A stretch of 63,947 nucleotides of DNA, counting the filler, from Octopus bimaculoides (lineage: Eukaryota): assembly GCF_001194135.2 (NCBI RefSeq). It is 6 parts of 6 records of this genome, joined end to end, with 100 filler letters (N's around TTAATTAATTAA, not from the genome) between each part and the next. Parts side by side here need not be neighbours in the genome. Positions count along the whole stretch, not along the records: positions 7,971 to 32,787 come from NC_068991.1; positions 32,888 to 50,557 come from NW_026317149.1; 4 more parts are not named here. One strand, 5' to 3'. The notes beneath the pieces are model-generated. The model had not been told where the DNA came from, searched no databases, and saw only the letters and a program-made list of their open reading frames with translations. This document shows positions 26,593 through 40,923 of the stretch, piece by piece. The position numbers were made by a program, and so were the translations under genes. How positions within the stretch are numbered: position 1 is the first letter of the stretch; each line of letters starts with the position of its first letter.

Positions 26593-29524
26593 GTGCTTCT
26601 GTTTTCTTCAAATCCCTCTCAAGAACCCTTTTCATTTTTCTTTTTCCAAAATCGGTGAATCTAATATCCGCTGCCTTCATGTGCCGGATCGATATAATCG
26701 ATTATAGCCTTCTACGAAAAGGAATGGTCACGGTTGGAACGCCTTTAACAATAAATCTGGTCAATCTATGGTCGACTGGTGTGAGAAAAAGCATAACTTT
26801 CTTTTAACTTCTTATCTTATTCCTTCAAGTTTCTGCTTTAACATTCATCGATTACTGTTGGATTTTGCCTTTTCTTTTTTCTCAAGATGTGTATACAAAA
26901 AACAAAAAGACAACATAAATCAAATAAACAAAAAATAACATACAAAATAATGAAGCAATAACATTGGTATACAGCATAACCATTGAAAGTCATGAGTGAG
27001 AAGCTGCAAGCATGTTGTTTCCTGTCTCACGAAAGCTTGTACAGGCGAAAAAGACCACCTTCGTTTGCCAACGCTTTTTATGTCAGTGAATGCAATAAGG
27101 TAGCCAAGTTGCATAATTTTTCTTTTAAGTAACTGTTCTCATACGTTGTTTTTATTTTCCAAAATTCCTTTTGTATTTATGAAAGATTTTGCTTCCAATG
27201 AAATGCACTTAGTCAATCAGCTGCTCCTTTCGCCTTTGCTATACTTTGCTTTCTTCTCCTTTTACAAGCTATTACTTGCCTCCAGTTGTTTTTTTTTATT
27301 TCTCTCCGCAACAGTTATCTATTAAATAGTTACTTTTACATGGCCAACAAGTGATTTTCTTAGCTTCTATGATTAAATTATGAAAGCTGGAGAATGACAG
27401 ATTTACTGGAGTGCCAGGCAAACTGTATTTCGTCGTGAGCCGTTACGTTCTGCTTTCAAATTCCTCGTTGTTAAATTTACATTTTATCATTCCGGTGGCT
27501 ATAACATAAATATAAGCCAATTACTAGTACCAGTATAATTAAAAATACTCATCCCTCAAAATCGAGACATTTTATCTCTGTAAAATTTTTTAGATATGCT
27601 TCTAATGTGGGCCATGGAGATAATTAATTCGAGCCAATAATACTGCGTCTACATGGTCATGTGACCTGTCAAACTCCTTTGGCGGACGCCCCTCAAATTA
27701 CACGGGTAGCTTGTCATAGATTGAATATGTCATATTCAGTTTGCTCAACTAGGGTTCCAAAATTAATAGGGTTGATATAATTAACTTGACTCCACATCAT
27801 AAATTACGTGACGTTGTAATCATGTTACAGACATTGTTGCAAGTCTTACTATTAGAATGGTTTCCTGTTTTCAACATACCTCCGTTCATTTCTTAAAATC
27901 ATTCATAATCATGACGGGATGGGTTGAAGCAGAAGTTAATCCATTTTATCTTCACATTGATAAAATTCTGCTTCACATTAAGCGTCTAAGTATATACTAA
28001 TTCAGCTTGATAATCTAAATTACTAGCAAATCTTCCTGCAATGTGGTAGTCATTTCTCACACAACATAATTATCTCTGTAATAACCGAGGTGACTTCATT
28101 ATCTAAACAATTATCATATCTTCACATCAAATGCAGTGGATAAAAGGAGAGGTGATATCAAAAACAGGACTGCCTGGTGGACGTTTTTTTTTTCTTCAAC
28201 TCGACGGATACAAATCATGACACACTTAAAATTATACTGATTGCTAAAACTTTACTCGTCATTCAGTGGGTTACTTTGGAAATATAAAGTATAGTTTTTC
28301 CACTATGGATGATATTAGGAAATATGATAAACATATATTAGTCATATTTTTAATTTTAGCAAATTTTTTATGTTTATACAAAATGATGAACTGAAAACTT
28401 TTCAAGAGAAAATATTTCATAAATGAAATGAATGATATAAGTTTCCCCTGTATTACTCTTCCCGTAACTACTCGGTTATTGCTCTCTCTCCCTCTCTCAC
28501 TGTGTATGTGTGGCGTGCGCGTGCGTGCGTGTGTGTGTGTGTGTGTGTAGCTTTCACTTATTCATTGCCTCTCACCAAGCTTAGTATGAACATTCGCCCT
28601 ATTAAATCTCTGTGTTTTTATGATGTTTTTCTCTTCTTCTCACTCTATATGATCTAAAGTCGTTCCGGGGACCTCAACCAACCAAACAACCAACTAACCA
28701 ACCAACCAACTAACTAACCAATCAGCAAAACGCCTGGCAGCATTTCTTCCAACTGACTACGTTCTGAGTTCAAGTTTCACCAAGCTCCACTTTGCGTATC
28801 ACCCTTTCGCATTCGATAAATCAATTATCAAGTAAGTACAAGGGTTAATGTTATTGACTAAACCCTTCAAAAGTACTGCTTTTGTGCTAAATTTATTGTT
28901 GATGCTGTCTTTGTTATTATTTATCACCAAAACTGTACGTAATTCGGAAGTTCCATCAGTTTACACATTGTTTTCCTTGTTAGTATGATTTTGTTAATTT
29001 TATTGTCCTACCTTTTCTTTTAGCTGAGCAGAACCATCAAGACCTTATTAAATGGTTTTGTTATTTGCCTTATGGGGGCTACATTTTAAAAGAACAAAAC
29101 AAAATCTTCTTTGGAAACATAAAAAGCAATATCAAAATGGCGTCGTTTTCATCACCGAACCAAGAAGAAAGGGAGATGGTGGAGATTTTGATAAATTGCT
29201 CCTTCGCACTCAGCTTCTTCCATAGAACATTTCAGACCATGTTTCATACATAATTTGAAATAGTAGTTGCGGTAACAATAGAAACAACAGTAGCAACAAC
29301 AACGACAACAGCAGCAGCAGCAGTGGCAGCAGCAACAGCGGCAGCAGTAACAACGAAAGCCTTAAAAACAACTACAAGAACAAAAGTAGCGACAGTAGTA
29401 GTAAGAAAACAACAAGAGCAGCGACAGCAGTAGCTAAACAACATCAAAATGAGACCGTATAACAAATAAACACAAACCTATTTATCCATTCAATACATCG
29501 ACAAGTTATACCGCTACTGCCACC

Positions 29525-29585
<61 letters not shown>

Positions 29586-32133
29586 ATACAAAAGGAAAAC
29601 AAAACTTGCAAATCTAGTGTTAGCGTTTTCGATGATGTGACACGCCAAATAATGGAAACGATTTTTATCAATTTCAATGATTTTAAAAACTGCAGAAATG
29701 CCCTCATGAAATATGGCAGAAATGTAGAACTCGAAACCCAAGAATACATCCAGTAACAAACCAACCTTAGAACAATTGTATATAAAACTATATTTACAAA
29801 AAGTAGAAAATAGAACGTGTTGCACACCATCAGACTGTAAAATGCTTCAGATCAATCAGAGGAAGCAAAACATGGGGCATTAGAAAAAGATTCGACTCAG
29901 TAGAGCTGAGATACCCTACAGAGGAATCACTCCACAATGACTCCAATGTGTGACGGACTGGTCCCCATTCTAACCTACATTGGTCGCCGAATATTCAAAA
30001 CGCGCGTATAGGTTGAACGAGGAGAATGAAAAGAGGGCACTTGCCCATGTAATCAGACTGACTGGTTTTGTGGGGTTTCTACGATCAGCCCATTGGTTCG
30101 AGTTTTTGTTTCTTTATTTTTGTTCTTTCACTGTTTACATGTCTTCATGTAACCCATTATCATATCATATTGCATTGTATCAGCCAGTGCTGTCCTTACT
30201 CTTTCTATAAACCCTTTAGTAGTTGATAAAGAAATCATTATTAATATCTTGCATAAATAGGGTTTAAAAACAAAAACTAAAGAAAAGATCATCACTAACA
30301 TCACCATCATTATCATTATCACCATCTTCATCCTCATTATAAGATTGCGTCGTGATAAGATATGCTGCTCAAAGCTCTTGTTTCTGGTTTATTCTTTCAT
30401 GATTATTATTTCCTCTTCCAAAATTGATTGACCTTTTCTTTGTGGCAAGTTGCTCAATTTGTTTGAAAGAAAGGTAAGTAGTTGTCGCTCGTCAATTTTT
30501 CGCCCGTTTCGTCGAAAAAATGTAATTACTAACTATTTGTTTATTTTTTTCTCATTAACATTCAACGGCGAGAAATGCCACGTTCATTTTAAATGTTTTG
30601 ACAGATGTAAAGAAAAATAAAATATGACACGCACAAAGAAAGAAACCCAAACACACACACACACACACACAAATAAAACAAACACACCCGAAAGCGTTGT
30701 GAAACAAAACGCTATTATTTTGAAATGAAAAGAAATATAATGCTGTAATTGTGCCTTTAAATCTCAATGAGCGCATTTTAAAGACTCAACAACAACGATA
30801 ACAAAAAAGTCACAGCATTGCACACATGGTTTTTGCAAATGTCTGGTCTAAGCAGAAAAAAAAAGCATGTGAAGGAGAAAAGTCTTAGGGTATGGACATG
30901 GACAAAGAGAAAGTAATAGCTCTGTCTTACGAAAGTGGGGAACGTTTTGGATGCCCTCTAAATATGAGGCCTTGTCTGATGTGGGGTTAATAACTTGCTC
31001 AGAAAGATAACGTCGATGATGATTTCTTGCTAATCTTTTTTTCCTTGATGACCATAGTAATAATGGTTCCAAATATTGGCACAACGCCGGAAATTTTGAG
31101 GGAGGTGTGTTAGTTGATACCGATCCCAGTACTTGACGAGTACTTCATTATATCGAACCCGAAAAGATGAAAGACAAACTTGACATCAGCGTGATTTGAA
31201 CTTAGGACGGAAAGAGTTTCATTTCTTTTCAACAGTTTTATTTTCTGTGACGAAGCAAATACCACATGTTCCGGCATACGAGTTGACGTAGCACGTGATG
31301 TAAACATGCAGTGCAAAACATTCAAACATTTTCGCTATCTCCTAAATCTTGCTGCATTTTATATTAATCTTTTGGGGTCTTATGAAATCGTCTTGGAGTA
31401 TAAGTCGAACTACCTTCCTTTTGGCTAAAAACTCTGGTCTGGAAATTCAACTTGTATGCCGATAAAATACGGTAACGGTTTCTAATTTAAGCAAAATCCT
31501 TAAGTTTTATGGGTAAGGGGAGTGTCAATCGTAACCATCGACCCCAGTACGTGATTGATTCTTTATTATATCGACTTAGAGAGCTTGAAAATTAAAGTTG
31601 ATCTCGGCGGGATTCGGAATAAGTTTTCCTCTTAGACGTTTTTAACGATTCCGCTATTTCATAGCCTTATGAGGTGTCAAATAATTTAAATGCATTAGAA
31701 TTCCGCCAGCGAGTAGGACGCAGAAAATCCACGAAATTATTTTATAGTTCGTAGCTGACGGTTACAAAATCATGGGAAATAAATACAATGAATTTCGTAT
31801 GTTTTCAAAATGGGTAAAATAACAGTCTGTGGTGTGATTGTTTCACTTTTATTACAAACTCTTTGACCAAGTCCCCTCAACAAACTTATAAATGTCTGCT
31901 ACGAATAATGATTCTTTCTACAAGGTCTGGAATTTTGTGGGAAACGGGTTAGTCGAGTACATCGTCCTCAGTGCTCAACTGATACTTCATTCTACCTATG
32001 ATCGAAAGCATGGGGAAAAATCGAACTCGGCGGATTTTGAACACAGAACGTAAAGTTAAGAAATAGTGATTAGCATTTTTCCTCAGCGTGTTAACGATAT
32101 TGCCTGCTCTCCGCCTTACGACTACCGATACTA

Positions 32134-32187
<54 letters not shown>

Positions 32188-32352
32188 GTGAATGTATTTA
32201 TCATAGTTGTAGTGGTGGCACTGTAGCTTAGTCCTCATTGATGACGTGTATATTGTTGTTGTTACTGTCTTAGCATTCGTCAGAATTTTCTTCAAATTCC
32301 TATTTATAGGCAGGGTAGAGTAGTTAATACTTTTTATTTTAAAGCTACTTAC

Positions 32353-32449
32353 ACGTTACCGGAAGTTGATATGAATATCTCTTGGCAAAAATATATTATA
32401 TCGATGAGTTCGTGATATTGAGGTATAGTTTTTATATAGATTTTATTAG
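32353..32449 (-). CDS. Candidate internal exon
   Basis: Pyrimidine-rich acceptor ctctttctcaag|. The only open frame is NKIYIKTIPQYHELIDIIYFCQEIFISTSGN, with a consensus donor |gtaagt (phase 1 in, phase 2 out). Confidence 0.4.
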
Positions 32450-32753
32450 CTTGAGAAAGAGGAAGAGAGAGAGAAGAGAGAGAGGGAGAGAAAGAGATAG
32501 GGACAGAGAGAGAGAGAGAGAGATGGAGAAAGAAGTGAAGAAACAGAAATGATCTCAAATAAGAATAGACAAATTCACACTCATATGGACACACACACCT
32601 ACACACGACACATGCGCGCACACACACACACACACGCACACACACACGCACATACACCACATACACACACACCACATGTATACGTACGTACATTACACAC
32701 ATACGCAAACGCAGATATACACGCAAACACATAGTAAAACAGAAACGCACAGG

Positions 32754-32787
<34 letters not shown>

Positions 32788-34080
32788 NNNNNNNNNNNNN
32801 NNNNNNNNNNNNNNNNNNNNNNNNNNNNNNNTTAATTAATTAANNNNNNNNNNNNNNNNNNNNNNNNNNNNNNNNNNNNNNNNNNNNTATATATACATAT
32901 ATATATATATATATATGCATACATACACACATACAAACACACACATATATATATATATGTTTGACAGTTTAGTGACAAGGTATAAATGGATTTAAATTGG
33001 CTTCCTCTCTCGGTGAGCATTATTTCTATTTAACATAGTAGGTCTACATGGGTGAAGGTGAACATGTAGGAAAGGGAAAAGTGATGGCTTTACAATGGGT
33101 AAATGAGATAAAGTGTAAGGTATAATCATGTGTACGAAGTGCCAGGTATAGGATATAAGAGGTTACATCAGTTTTATAAATTGTGTAAGTTATAACTGTA
33201 TTATTGTGTGACTGCAGAGTATAATATGTAAATAACAAAATTATGGCACAAAACACAGGGGGACTATAAAAGAATGACGGAAAATCAGGGGAAACACATA
33301 CAATGGACTCGAGCATGCTCCATTCCTCATCAGTTATCGACCAAGCATCATACATTCGACACCTTACGATAAGATTGTTCAATATGGCGGTGTTAGGAAC
33401 ATAAGTCGCTGGCGGACATGAGAGACGAACATGAACAGAAAAAGAAGACAAATGCAGTAAGAAACACGTGGTCCCTAGACAAAACGGTAAAAAGTACCAG
33501 TTATGAGGAAAACTAGGGAAAAATATATAAAATGAAAGAAACAAATAACGAGAACATTAACAAAGTAATAACAATGAACGACACAGGGAGATATTCGTCT
33601 ATATAGAATGTATTTTGATTAGGCTGCAAAAGTAAGGCCTACGAAAGTATAAATTATAAACTATAAATTGATAAAAAGTATAGGTAAATCTTCCAGAATG
33701 AGAAAATTGTGGCTATGAAAAGCTAGATATAATAGTTATATAATAATGGTAATTTAGTTATTACTAGTAGGTGATTTCACAAATTGAACAGTCATGTATT
33801 ATTGCTGCTTAATAGGGCATATCGTTAGTTAAATTTACTATATTGAATGTCCTGTGTGGACAAGTGTTTGTGTTGAAGGGCAGTATTGTAGAAAATACGG
33901 CTTCATAACTTCCATTCGTATGGAGTTGTCATATACTTATTTAGTAGCACCATTATAATAATCTGATGAATGACTGAAAGACTCGGAGGTAGATATGATT
34001 ACAATCGGAGAAGTGTTCCTGGTTGTGTTGTTCATAATTTTCCTGAGGTGATTGCATTTTCCTATTTAGTTTAATGTATA

Positions 34081-34313
34081 ATTCTTATTTCTTTATTGTC
34101 TACAAGGGGCTAAACATAGAGGGGACAAACAAGGACAGACAAAGGGATTAAGACAATTACATCGACCCCAGTGCGTAGCTGGTATTTAATTTATCGATCC
34201 CGAAAGGATGAAAGGGAAAGTCGACGTCGGCGGAATTTGAACTCAGAACGTAACGCCAGACAAAATACCGCTAAGCATTTCGTCCAGCGTGCTAACGTTT
34301 CTGCCAGCTCGCC
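34081..34313 (-). mobile_element. tRNA-derived SINE family C, near full length
   Basis: Reverse complement: ggcgagctggcagaaacgttagcacgc...gttctgagttcaaattccgccgacgtcgac...cctttcgggatcgataaattaaataccag. Related decayed copies at ~12220-12390, 25550-25740, 25780-25880, 25975-26060, 28725-28860, 31090-31260, 31530-31650, 31930-32120, 44790-44905, 45028-45230 and 46180-46320. Confidence 0.8.
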
Positions 34314-34798
34314 AATTCTGTTTTCCATAAGGTGAGCATAACAAATTATTGAACTTCAAGAAGAAAGCTAAAGAAATTTATGATAGCGAGATCATTAGTA
34401 AATGAAAGCAAGCAGAATTTTCCGGAACGAGGACATTCCCATTGTTAGAAGCCTAGTTTCTTTAACGAGAGGAGACCATCAACTTCTCTAAAGACGCTTC
34501 TGTAATAGGGGAAAATTTGGATTTTTATTTAGAGATACGACACTATATCGTCACCTTAGTTTAGCCTTTCCATCCTTGCTGACATCGGGTGGAGAATTTT
34601 ATTGCAACGAAGAATCCTGTCGTTGGATTTTGGTTTCCAAATCTTTGATATTGTTCTTACACAGCTTACAGATTTCTTGTGTATGCATGTGGATGTGTGT
34701 GTGTTTGTGTGTGTGTGTCTATGTATGTCTAAGTATGTGTGTGTATTTGTGTGTTTGTTTGTGTGTGTTGTATGTGTATGTTTGTGCGTGCGTGCACG

Positions 34799-34874
<76 letters not shown>

Positions 34875-35323
34875 TATGCGTGTTATCATATACATGTATT
34901 CTCATACAAAATTTGAGTATTATTTCTCTGATCTTCAAATGCAGGTAAGTAGTCAGATGGATCCCACTTATATTATTAAAGGGGTGAGTGATGAACCCTA
35001 TGGTATAACCCCTTTAACTTTGCACAACGTAGCTCATAAAGTATTTTTCATTAAAATAGTAGTACCTTTCATTTCAAATTATCCTAAAACGCTCTATTGT
35101 GTAATTAACTCGCCTTGCCAGTGTATGCACTGCTATGCAAATTAGACTGATCAGTTTATATGCGTCCTAGTTTTTATATATTATAACTAGTTATAAGCTA
35201 CTAACATCTCCGTGGACAGATATCTATCCGTCATAACGATTTATAAGAACTGAAAACAAGTCAAATTGCTCTTTTTTTTTCTGTCTATAGAAATAAAGCC
35301 CTTAGTAAGTAATTAGTTACTCT

Positions 35324-35532
35324 TTTACTCTTTTACTTGTTTCAGTCATTTGACTGTGGCCATGCTGGAGCACCGCCTTTAGTCGTGTAAATCGACCCCA
35401 GGACTTATTCTTTGGATGCCTAGTACTTATTCTATTGGTCTCTTTTGCCGAACCGCTAAGTTACGGGGACGTAAACACACCAGCATCGGTTGTCAAGCGA
35501 TGTTGGGGGGACAAACAGAGACACACAAACAT

Positions 35533-35555
<23 letters not shown>
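35324..35555 (-). mobile_element. SINE family B 3' half (abuts gap)
   Basis: cttgtttcagtcatttgactgtggccatgctggagcaccgcc...ttacggggacgtaaacacacc. Confidence 0.8.
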
Positions 35556-35575
<20 letters not shown>

Positions 35576-37670
35576 NNNNNNNNNNNNNNNNNNNNNNNNN
35601 NNNNNNNNNNNNNNNNNNNNNNNNNNNNNNNNNNNNNNNNNNNNNNNNNNNNNNNNNNNNNNNNNNNNNNNNNNNNNNNNNNNNNNNNNNNNNNNNNNNN
35701 NNNNNNNNNNNNNNNNNNNNNNNNNNNNNNNNNNNNNNNNNNNNNNNNNNNNNNNNNNNNNNNNNNNNNNNNNNNNNNNNNNNNNNNNNNNNNNNNNNNN
35801 NNNNNNNNNNNNNNNNNNNNNNNNNNNNNNNNNNNNNNNNNNNNNNNNNNNNNNNNNNNNNNNNNNNNNNNNNNNNNNNNNNNNNNNNNNNNNNNNNNNN
35901 NNNNNNNNNNNNNNNNNNNNNNNNNNNNNNNNNNNNNNNNNNNNNNNNNNNNNNNNNNNNNNNNNNNNNNNNNNNNNNNNNNNNNNNNNNNNNNNNNNNN
36001 NNNNNNNNNNNNNNNNNNNNNNNNNNNNNNNNNNNNNNNNNNNNNNNNNNNNNNNNNNNNNNNNNNNNNNNNNNNNNNNNNNNNNNNNNNNNNNNNNNNN
36101 NNNNNNNNNNNNNNNNNNNNNNNNNNNNNNNNNNNNNNNNNNNNNNNNNNNNNNNNNNNNNNNNNNNNNNNNNNNNNNNNNNNNNNNNNNNNNNNNNNNN
36201 NNNNNNNNNNNNNNNNNNNNNNNNNNNNNNNNNNNNNNNNNNNNNNNNNNNNNNNNNNNNNNNNNNNNNNNNNNNNNNNNNNNNNNNNNNNNNNNNNNNN
36301 NNNNNNNNNNNNNNNNNNNNNNNNNNNNNNNNNNNNNNNNNNNNNNNNNNNNNNNNNNNNNNNNNNNNNNNNNNNNNNNNNNNNNNNNNNNNNNNNNNNN
36401 NNNNNNNNNNNNNNNNNNNNNNNNNNATAGGGATCGTGTATCACAGTCAATGTAAAAAAAAAGACGGGGAACAGATTAGGTTTATCCGTGGAGAGAAAAG
36501 CCTACGGAAAAGACCACGGTCACCTCAGGCTTCTTTTTTTAAAGGTACATGAAAGTAAGTACCTTCTCTTTTTTCGTCTCTTTTTGTTACAGGTCTATGC
36601 TTAAAATGGTGTCGTCTTTCATTCTTACCATTCTTGCCACATTTACCCATTTTTTATTGAAACTTTCGTTCGACAACAGCTAGATAGATAGGATGAAGGC
36701 ACGAGAAAAAATATAGTTCAGAGTGAAAGAGGAAACAGTGAAGGAAAGTGAATTAAAGAAATAAATTAGAATGAGAAGGACAGAGAGAGAGATAAAGTAA
36801 TAAACATAAAGAATAAAGAAAGCTAGAGAGAGAGGGAGAGAGAGAGAGAGAGATACAGACAGAGAAAGAGAAAAGAGAAAGAATGAGAGAGAAAGAGAGT
36901 AAGAGAGCGAGAAGCGAGTAGAAAAAAATCTAAAGAGTTAATGAGAGACGGGAGGGAAAGCATAAATGAGGAAGGAAAAGAAAAGCATGTAGGAAGAAAA
37001 CGCAAGGAAGGGGAGGAGAAGGGATGAGGGGTGAGGAGAAGTANNNNNNNNNNNNNNNNNNNNNNNNNNNNNNNNNNNNNNNNNNNNNNNNNNNNNNNNN
37101 NNNNNNNNNNNNNNNNNNNNNNNNNNNNNNNNNNNNNNNNNNNNNNNNNNNNNNNNNNNNNNNNNNNNNNNNNNNNNNNNNNNNNNNNNNNNNNNNNNNN
37201 NNNNNNNNNNNNNNNNNNNNNNNNNNNNNNNNNNNNNNNNNNNNNNNNNNNNNNNNNNNNNNNNNNNNNNNNNNNNNNNNNNNNNNNNNNNNNNNNNNNN
37301 NNNNNNNNNNNNNNNNNNNNNNNNNNNNNNNNNNNNNNNNNNNNNNNNNNNNNNNNNNNNNNNNNNNNNNNNNNNNNNNNNNNNNNNNNNNNNNNNNNNN
37401 NNNNNNNNNNNNNNNNNNNNNNNNNNNNNNNNNNNNNNNNNNNNNNNNNNNNNNNNNNNNNNNNNNNNNNNNNNNNNNNNNNNNNNNNNNNNNNNNNNNN
37501 NNTGGGGGGGGGGTCTGAAAGAAGAAAAAAAAGGGGTAGAAAACGGTGAATGGGGTTGGATAGAAGAATGATAGGCGTATATATATATATATATAAATAG
37601 ACGGAGAAAAATGATAGAGTGAGAAGAGATAGAGAGAATGATAGACGAACGGATAGAGAGAGATTGATAG

Positions 37671-37717
<47 letters not shown>

Positions 37718-37789
37718 GACAGAGATAAACGAAGCTCATATAGGATACTTGAGATTAATTTAATAGACGGGACTGGTTGATATAGAAAG

Positions 37790-37831
37790 GTAGACAGACA
37801 GACAGGCAGGCATGGAGACAGACAGATAGGC

Positions 37832-37862
<31 letters not shown>

Positions 37863-38123
37863 TAGACAGATAGACAGACAGACAGACAGATAGATAGATG
37901 GACAGATCGATAGATAGATAGGTAGGTAGGTAGGTAGGTGGATAGATAAGATAGATAGATGGATAGATAGATACACAGATGTGTGCACGATGTGCTTTAA
38001 CTTTTATATAAATGGGGGGGGGTGAGAAGATGAGAGAGAGAGAGAGGGAAAGCATAAGAAAAGAGAGAAGCAGATGAGAGAAATGTTGAAATAATGAATA
38101 TAGAATAATTAGGCGGGAAGATT

Positions 38124-38179
<56 letters not shown>

Positions 38180-38180
38180 A
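37790..38180. repeat. (AGAC)n/(AGAT)n tetranucleotide arrays in a purine-rich tract
   Basis: Direct. Confidence 0.9.
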
Positions 38181-38920
38181 AGGTATATCATAAGAAAGAG
38201 AGAGAGAAGCAATATATCGGGACGTCTAATAAAAAAAGAGTGTGTCGAGATAAAAGCTAATAATAGACTGAGAAAGGTAATGATCGTAAGAGAGGGCGGG
38301 AAATACGACGAATGAGAGTAGGAAGCACAGAGAGAGAGAGAGAGCGGGGAGAGAGAGAGAGAGAGAGAGAGAGGGCACTAATAACAGTGTGAGAGGGGCG
38401 GGAAGAAGATGACATGAGAGCTAGAGAAAGGAGGGAGGGGGAAGAAATTAATGATAGCGAGATAAAGAGAAGAAATGATAGACGTGGAGGAGGTGGTGAT
38501 GGTGGGTTGAAAATGATAGCGAGAGGTCAGGACGAAGTAGCAATGAGAGAGAGAGAGAGAGGTAGAGAGAGAGAGAGAGAGACAGAGAGACAGAGAGAGA
38601 AAGAGGATGATAGAAGTAGTATAGGGAGAGAGAAAGCTCTGTGTGAATGCTTGGTGTGTGTGAGGTGAGATTGGGTGATGTCTATATGTGTCTATATGTG
38701 TGTGTGTGTGTATAATACGGGGAGAATGGAGGGGTGGGATTTTCTGATGAGTGTATGGGCGCGTAGAGGCGACGGCGGTGTGTATAATCTGTATGAAACG
38801 GACCAGTCGCATTAAATAGCAACATTTGATATTGAGCCGCGCGCATATATACACTTTGATTCCAGCCTTTCTGCGGAGAACAACGTTAAAAAGTAAGCCA
38901 CGTGATTCAGACACGACGCA

Positions 38921-38972
<52 letters not shown>

Positions 38973-39003
38973 TAAAAATATATATACATTCACACACGCA
39001 CAC

Positions 39004-39044
<41 letters not shown>

Positions 39045-39667
39045 TACACACACGGACACATACATACATACATACATATATATATGTGTGTGTCTGTGTG
39101 TGTGTGTGTGTACGAAGGCGCACATGCACATTTTTGAAGACAAACACCGCGCATTGCACGTACACACATACATACACAAACATACACACACGAACACACA
39201 CACACACACACATATGCACAAGTATATATACACACACACAGAGAGAGAGAGAGAGAGGCATATTATTCTGTGATTACAGCAAGCGAAAAAAAAACAGCGC
39301 ATAAATTAATTTCCAGTCGAGTACGATGGCTTCTACGGGATATTATTATTATTACTTTTATCAACATTATTATTGTCAACATCTGAATTGTCGTCATCAT
39401 CATCATAATCGTCATCAGTATCACCATATTCATCATCATCATCACAATTACCACCAATGTGAATTATAAAAAAAAAAAACAAAAAACAACCAAAGAACGA
39501 CACAATAATATCGGAACAAAAAACTTTTTTTTCTGTGAGCAACAATCATCATTTAAACAACATGAATATACGAGGAAGAAGTGTATATGTATAAATATAT
39601 ATTTGTATATATGTATGTATATTTACATCCAAAAAATATATATATATATATAAGCAGTGTGAGTGAT

Positions 39668-39811
39668 CGGAGATAGATTAACGTATAAATTTATATATAC
39701 TTGGCTAAATCTATCCGGAGATAGATTAACGTATNNNNNNNNNNATACTTGGCTAAATCTATCCGGAGATAGATTAACGTATAAATTTATATATACTTGG
39801 CTAAATCTATC
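39668..39811. repeat. 48-bp tandem repeat x3 (10 N in the middle unit)
   Basis: Unit cggagatagattaacgtataaatttatatatacttggctaaatctatc. Confidence 0.8.
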
Positions 39812-39869
39812 TGCTTCTCATTCTTTCGTCTTTTTCTCTCTCTCTCTCATTTTTCTCTCACTCTCTCTA

Positions 39870-39900
<31 letters not shown>

Positions 39901-40582
39901 ATCTTATTTAAAAATAAATAAATATATACACACATATATTTATTTACATATCTCAATATATATACGTATATATATATTTATATTATATACTCTGATACCT
40001 TCGAGTGAAGTTCGGCATTTATTTTACAAGACGAAAGGGAAAAAAAAAAAAAAAAAAAAATCAAACATAAAAGTATGATTATTTTGACAAAGATTACCGA
40101 AGATTAAAACAAAAACAAATATTAAAAAAAAAACACACACAGAAATAAAAGGTGGAAAAAAAAGGAAGTACTGCACATATACACACACATACACGCGCAC
40201 ACACATACTTATATACATATATAGCTATATATATATATATGTATATATTAAGAAACATTTGAGAGAAAAAAGAAACAACTAAACGCAAATATAATATATA
40301 AGTATATATACATATATATCGTAAAATAATATACAAAAACAAAAGATCAACCATGTCACACGGAGAGCATAGTATGGATGGAAGTTTGGTAGGTATATTA
40401 CTTTAAATATATATATATACATATATACACTCCCTGTTTTTTTTTTATGGCTTCCCCCCCCCCCTATCTTTATATTTTCCTTCGTTTTGCAATTATGCGT
40501 AACTTTCTTCTATTTGTAGTATTTAAACATTGCTTGTTGACATGAGTTTTTACATTATAATTATGCTTATAATATATATATA

Positions 40583-40617
<35 letters not shown>

Positions 40618-40892
40618 GTCATTGGGTTCCTATCCGTGTCTGTGCGTACTTATTGTTCGTTTGTTTTTCAATTGCATTTTTTTGCATATAATTATATTTC
40701 TCATGTTTGCATATACATAAATGTATATTTATATAATTAATTATTTGCAGGATTTATTTGTATCGAGCCATGTTATTAATAAGGACCCTAAATCAGGGTC
40801 GAGATTGCCATATCCGTGTATATAATACATTGTATAGACACTCACTAAAATCATATACACACACATATATATGTATACGCACACACATATGC

Positions 40893-40923
<31 letters not shown>

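Noticed and set aside
33290-33345. CTGATGA on the minus strand (also 22286 and 33964 on plus) as hammerheads
   Set aside because: There is no correctly placed GAAA or stem set; at most these are decayed PLE termini.
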